Source of the DNA: the human T2T-CHM13v2.0 reference genome, Homo sapiens
Length of the DNA: 64,000 bases
Strand: one strand, 5' to 3'
Assembly (NCBI RefSeq): GCF_009914755.1
Contig: NC_060931.1
Position 1 is the stretch's first letter. The number at the start of each line of letters is the position of its first letter. The notes below the pieces were generated by a model. That model saw only the letters and a list, made by a program, of their open reading frames with translations, did not search any database and was not told where the DNA came from. Positions 61,312-64,000 of this stretch are shown here, in pieces. The position numbers and the translations under genes were made by a program.

Positions 61312-62599
61312 TCTACCTTAATCTCTAATATTATCTAACCAAAAGAAATCAGTTGTCTCTTAGTGTGTGAGAAGGAAAAGAAACAGACATGTTCAATGTT
61401 TGTGAAAATAACTTTTTACTCACCTTTGCCTTTGAAGGTATAATTAGACTTGACTACTAACTTATGGCTGCCTGCACTTCACCAGTAGGAAGACTGTGGT
61501 TTTTTGAAGGATCTTTAACCAAAAACAAACCAAAATGGCACCCATTGGGTTGTACTTCAAATAGGACATGGAGAACTGTGTAGATACTAAGAAAACATAC
61601 ATTAAAAAAAAATCTAGACCCCCACTGCATTAACTGTCCACTCCAATGATAATACCATCTAAAGAGGCTTTTTAGCTATAAAAATTATTGTCATCTTTAT
61701 CAAGAAATGACTTTTTAAGAAGACAGTTATGGCATAGGAAATTTGTTTTTAAAATCTTATACTGGAGGATTCTTACTTAAGGAATCTGGGGAAATGAAAA
61801 TGAATGACTGACTGAGTGGAAAGTCCTGGGGCTTTCATCCTGCTGCTCCCCTTGGCTGAAAGTGCCTTTTTTCAGCTGATAATCAGCCCCTTTCTGAAGT
61901 ACAGAACTTTCGTGAAGATTTCTTATTAAGCTTTTTTCAGTGTCCTCACCATTCACTTGTTTGTCTCTCAAATCCCAAAAGAAAACCTGTTGTGGATTAT
62001 TGGCTTTGGTATTTTGTCAGTCTCTATTTTTTGCCCCTGTGATTGGACCCACTCAAGTGTTGCCTTCTGCAATGCTGTTGAGAGGCTCTCCAGAGCAGTC
62101 TGTCTTACAACACCCTGAACAGACCTCCAAATGTGATGGCTGTAATCAATTGCCCAATAGCCTTCAAATAATGTTTTTGTAGGCAGATCTTTTCACCTGG
62201 TGGCTACAAAAGTGAATCATTCTACTCCATATACACATATTACAAGCAAAAAATGGAAAAAAGAAAAACTGCATTAATGTCTGAAGGGAAGAAAATCTAT
62301 ATATGAATGTATGAAAGCTTAAAATTACAGGAGTCTACATAAAATCATCATTGTCAGTTCTCAAACATAAGTTGTGGTGTACAAACACCATTTCCTTAAA
62401 AGGTAAATTGCAAGATGTAACATTAATAACCATTCTAGAAGAATAAAACATGTATCTTGTTTACTAGAACAGAACTAGCTGTTTTTCTTAAAAGCATTTC
62501 AGTGAGTTATGTTCATTTTTATGGTAATGAAAGGGAAGGCCCTTCTGTCAGTAGTCTATCTGCAGTTTTCTGCAGGTATTATTATACATTCTCTTTCTA

Positions 62600-63216
62600 A
62601 ATGTCAAGTATAAAATAGAGCAACATTGCTGGTGAGGACACAACATGGTACAGGCTGAGGAGAACATTTTGGTGGTTCCTCTTAAACATGGACTAACCAC
62701 AGACCCAGAAATTCTACTCCCAGCTGCATACTACATAGACATGAAAATATTTGTCTGCACAAAATCTTGTTCACTAATGTCTATGACAATATTCTTCATG
62801 ATAGCCCAAACATGCAAACAATCCAAATATCCATCAGCTGATGAAAGGCCAAACCGATGTGTTATATCCATGCAATGGAATCGTTTTTTGGACATGAAAA
62901 AGAAGGATGAACAGGTCCCCACAAGGATGAACCTAGAAATCATCATGCTAAGTGATGCCATAGGAGAGCCCACAGGAGGGAAGTCTACAGAGACAGAAAG
63001 TGGATTCCTGGTTGTTGCGGCTTGGGGGGACGGGTGGATAGGTGGATAGGTGGATAGGAAGGTGACAGCTACAGGGTACAAAGCTTCTTCCTGAGGTGAT
63101 GAAAATTTTTTTCTAATTTAATGTGGTGGTGGGTGCACATGTGTGGTTGTACCATAAAACCCATTGAATTCTACACTTCAAGTTGCTGAATTATTTGGTA
63201 TATGAACGACATCACA
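62600..63216 (+). mobile_element. L1MB/ME-type 3' fragment
   Basis: acagacccagaaattctactccc ... gagacagaaagtggattcctggttg ... ggtgatgaaaa. Confidence 0.75.
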
Positions 63217-63340
63217 AGAGGGGGAGGAAGGGGAGCAGACGAGGGGAGGGAGAGTGAGGGGTAGAGGAGCTAAGAGGAGAGGGAGGGGGAGGGGGAGCAG
63301 AGAGAAAGGGGAGAGGGAGGGAGGAGGAGAGGACAGGAGA
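63217..63340 (+). repeat. G/A-rich purine low-complexity tract upstream of POM121L12
   Basis: Many GGG(G) runs separated by A or AG. Confidence 0.85.
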
Positions 63341-63356
63341 CCATGGTAGCTCCTAG

Positions 63357-64000
<644 letters not shown>

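Overview
Human (primate) genomic DNA that is mostly interspersed repeats. The last 467 bp are the 5' part of the intronless POM121L12 CDS (+ strand, ATG 63534), which I recognise from the translation and which places the window at about 7p12.1. Upstream of it lie: (1) a near full-length, coding-dead L1PA2-type LINE-1 (- strand, 54164-60185, 18-bp TSD) with an intact antisense ORF0; (2) a 5'-truncated processed pseudogene of RRBP1 split by an LTR12C solo LTR; (3) a second, short LTR12; (4) a complete THE1 MaLR provirus placed head-to-head with a THE1D LTR at the same 5-bp target; (5) an older L1PA with a ~1.95-kb internal deletion and a MER52 LTR in its 3' end; (6) about 13 Alus, DNA-transposon relics and microsatellites. 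The most interesting inference concerns the L1 antisense promoter and ORF0, which point at POM121L12 about 3.4 kb away. ORF0 splice donor 2 is phase-compatible with two candidate acceptors that lead, without a stop codon, into the POM121L12 frame. This predicts a possible ORF0-POM121L12 chimeric protein. Repeat subfamily names are from recognition by eye and need RepeatMasker/Dfam confirmation.
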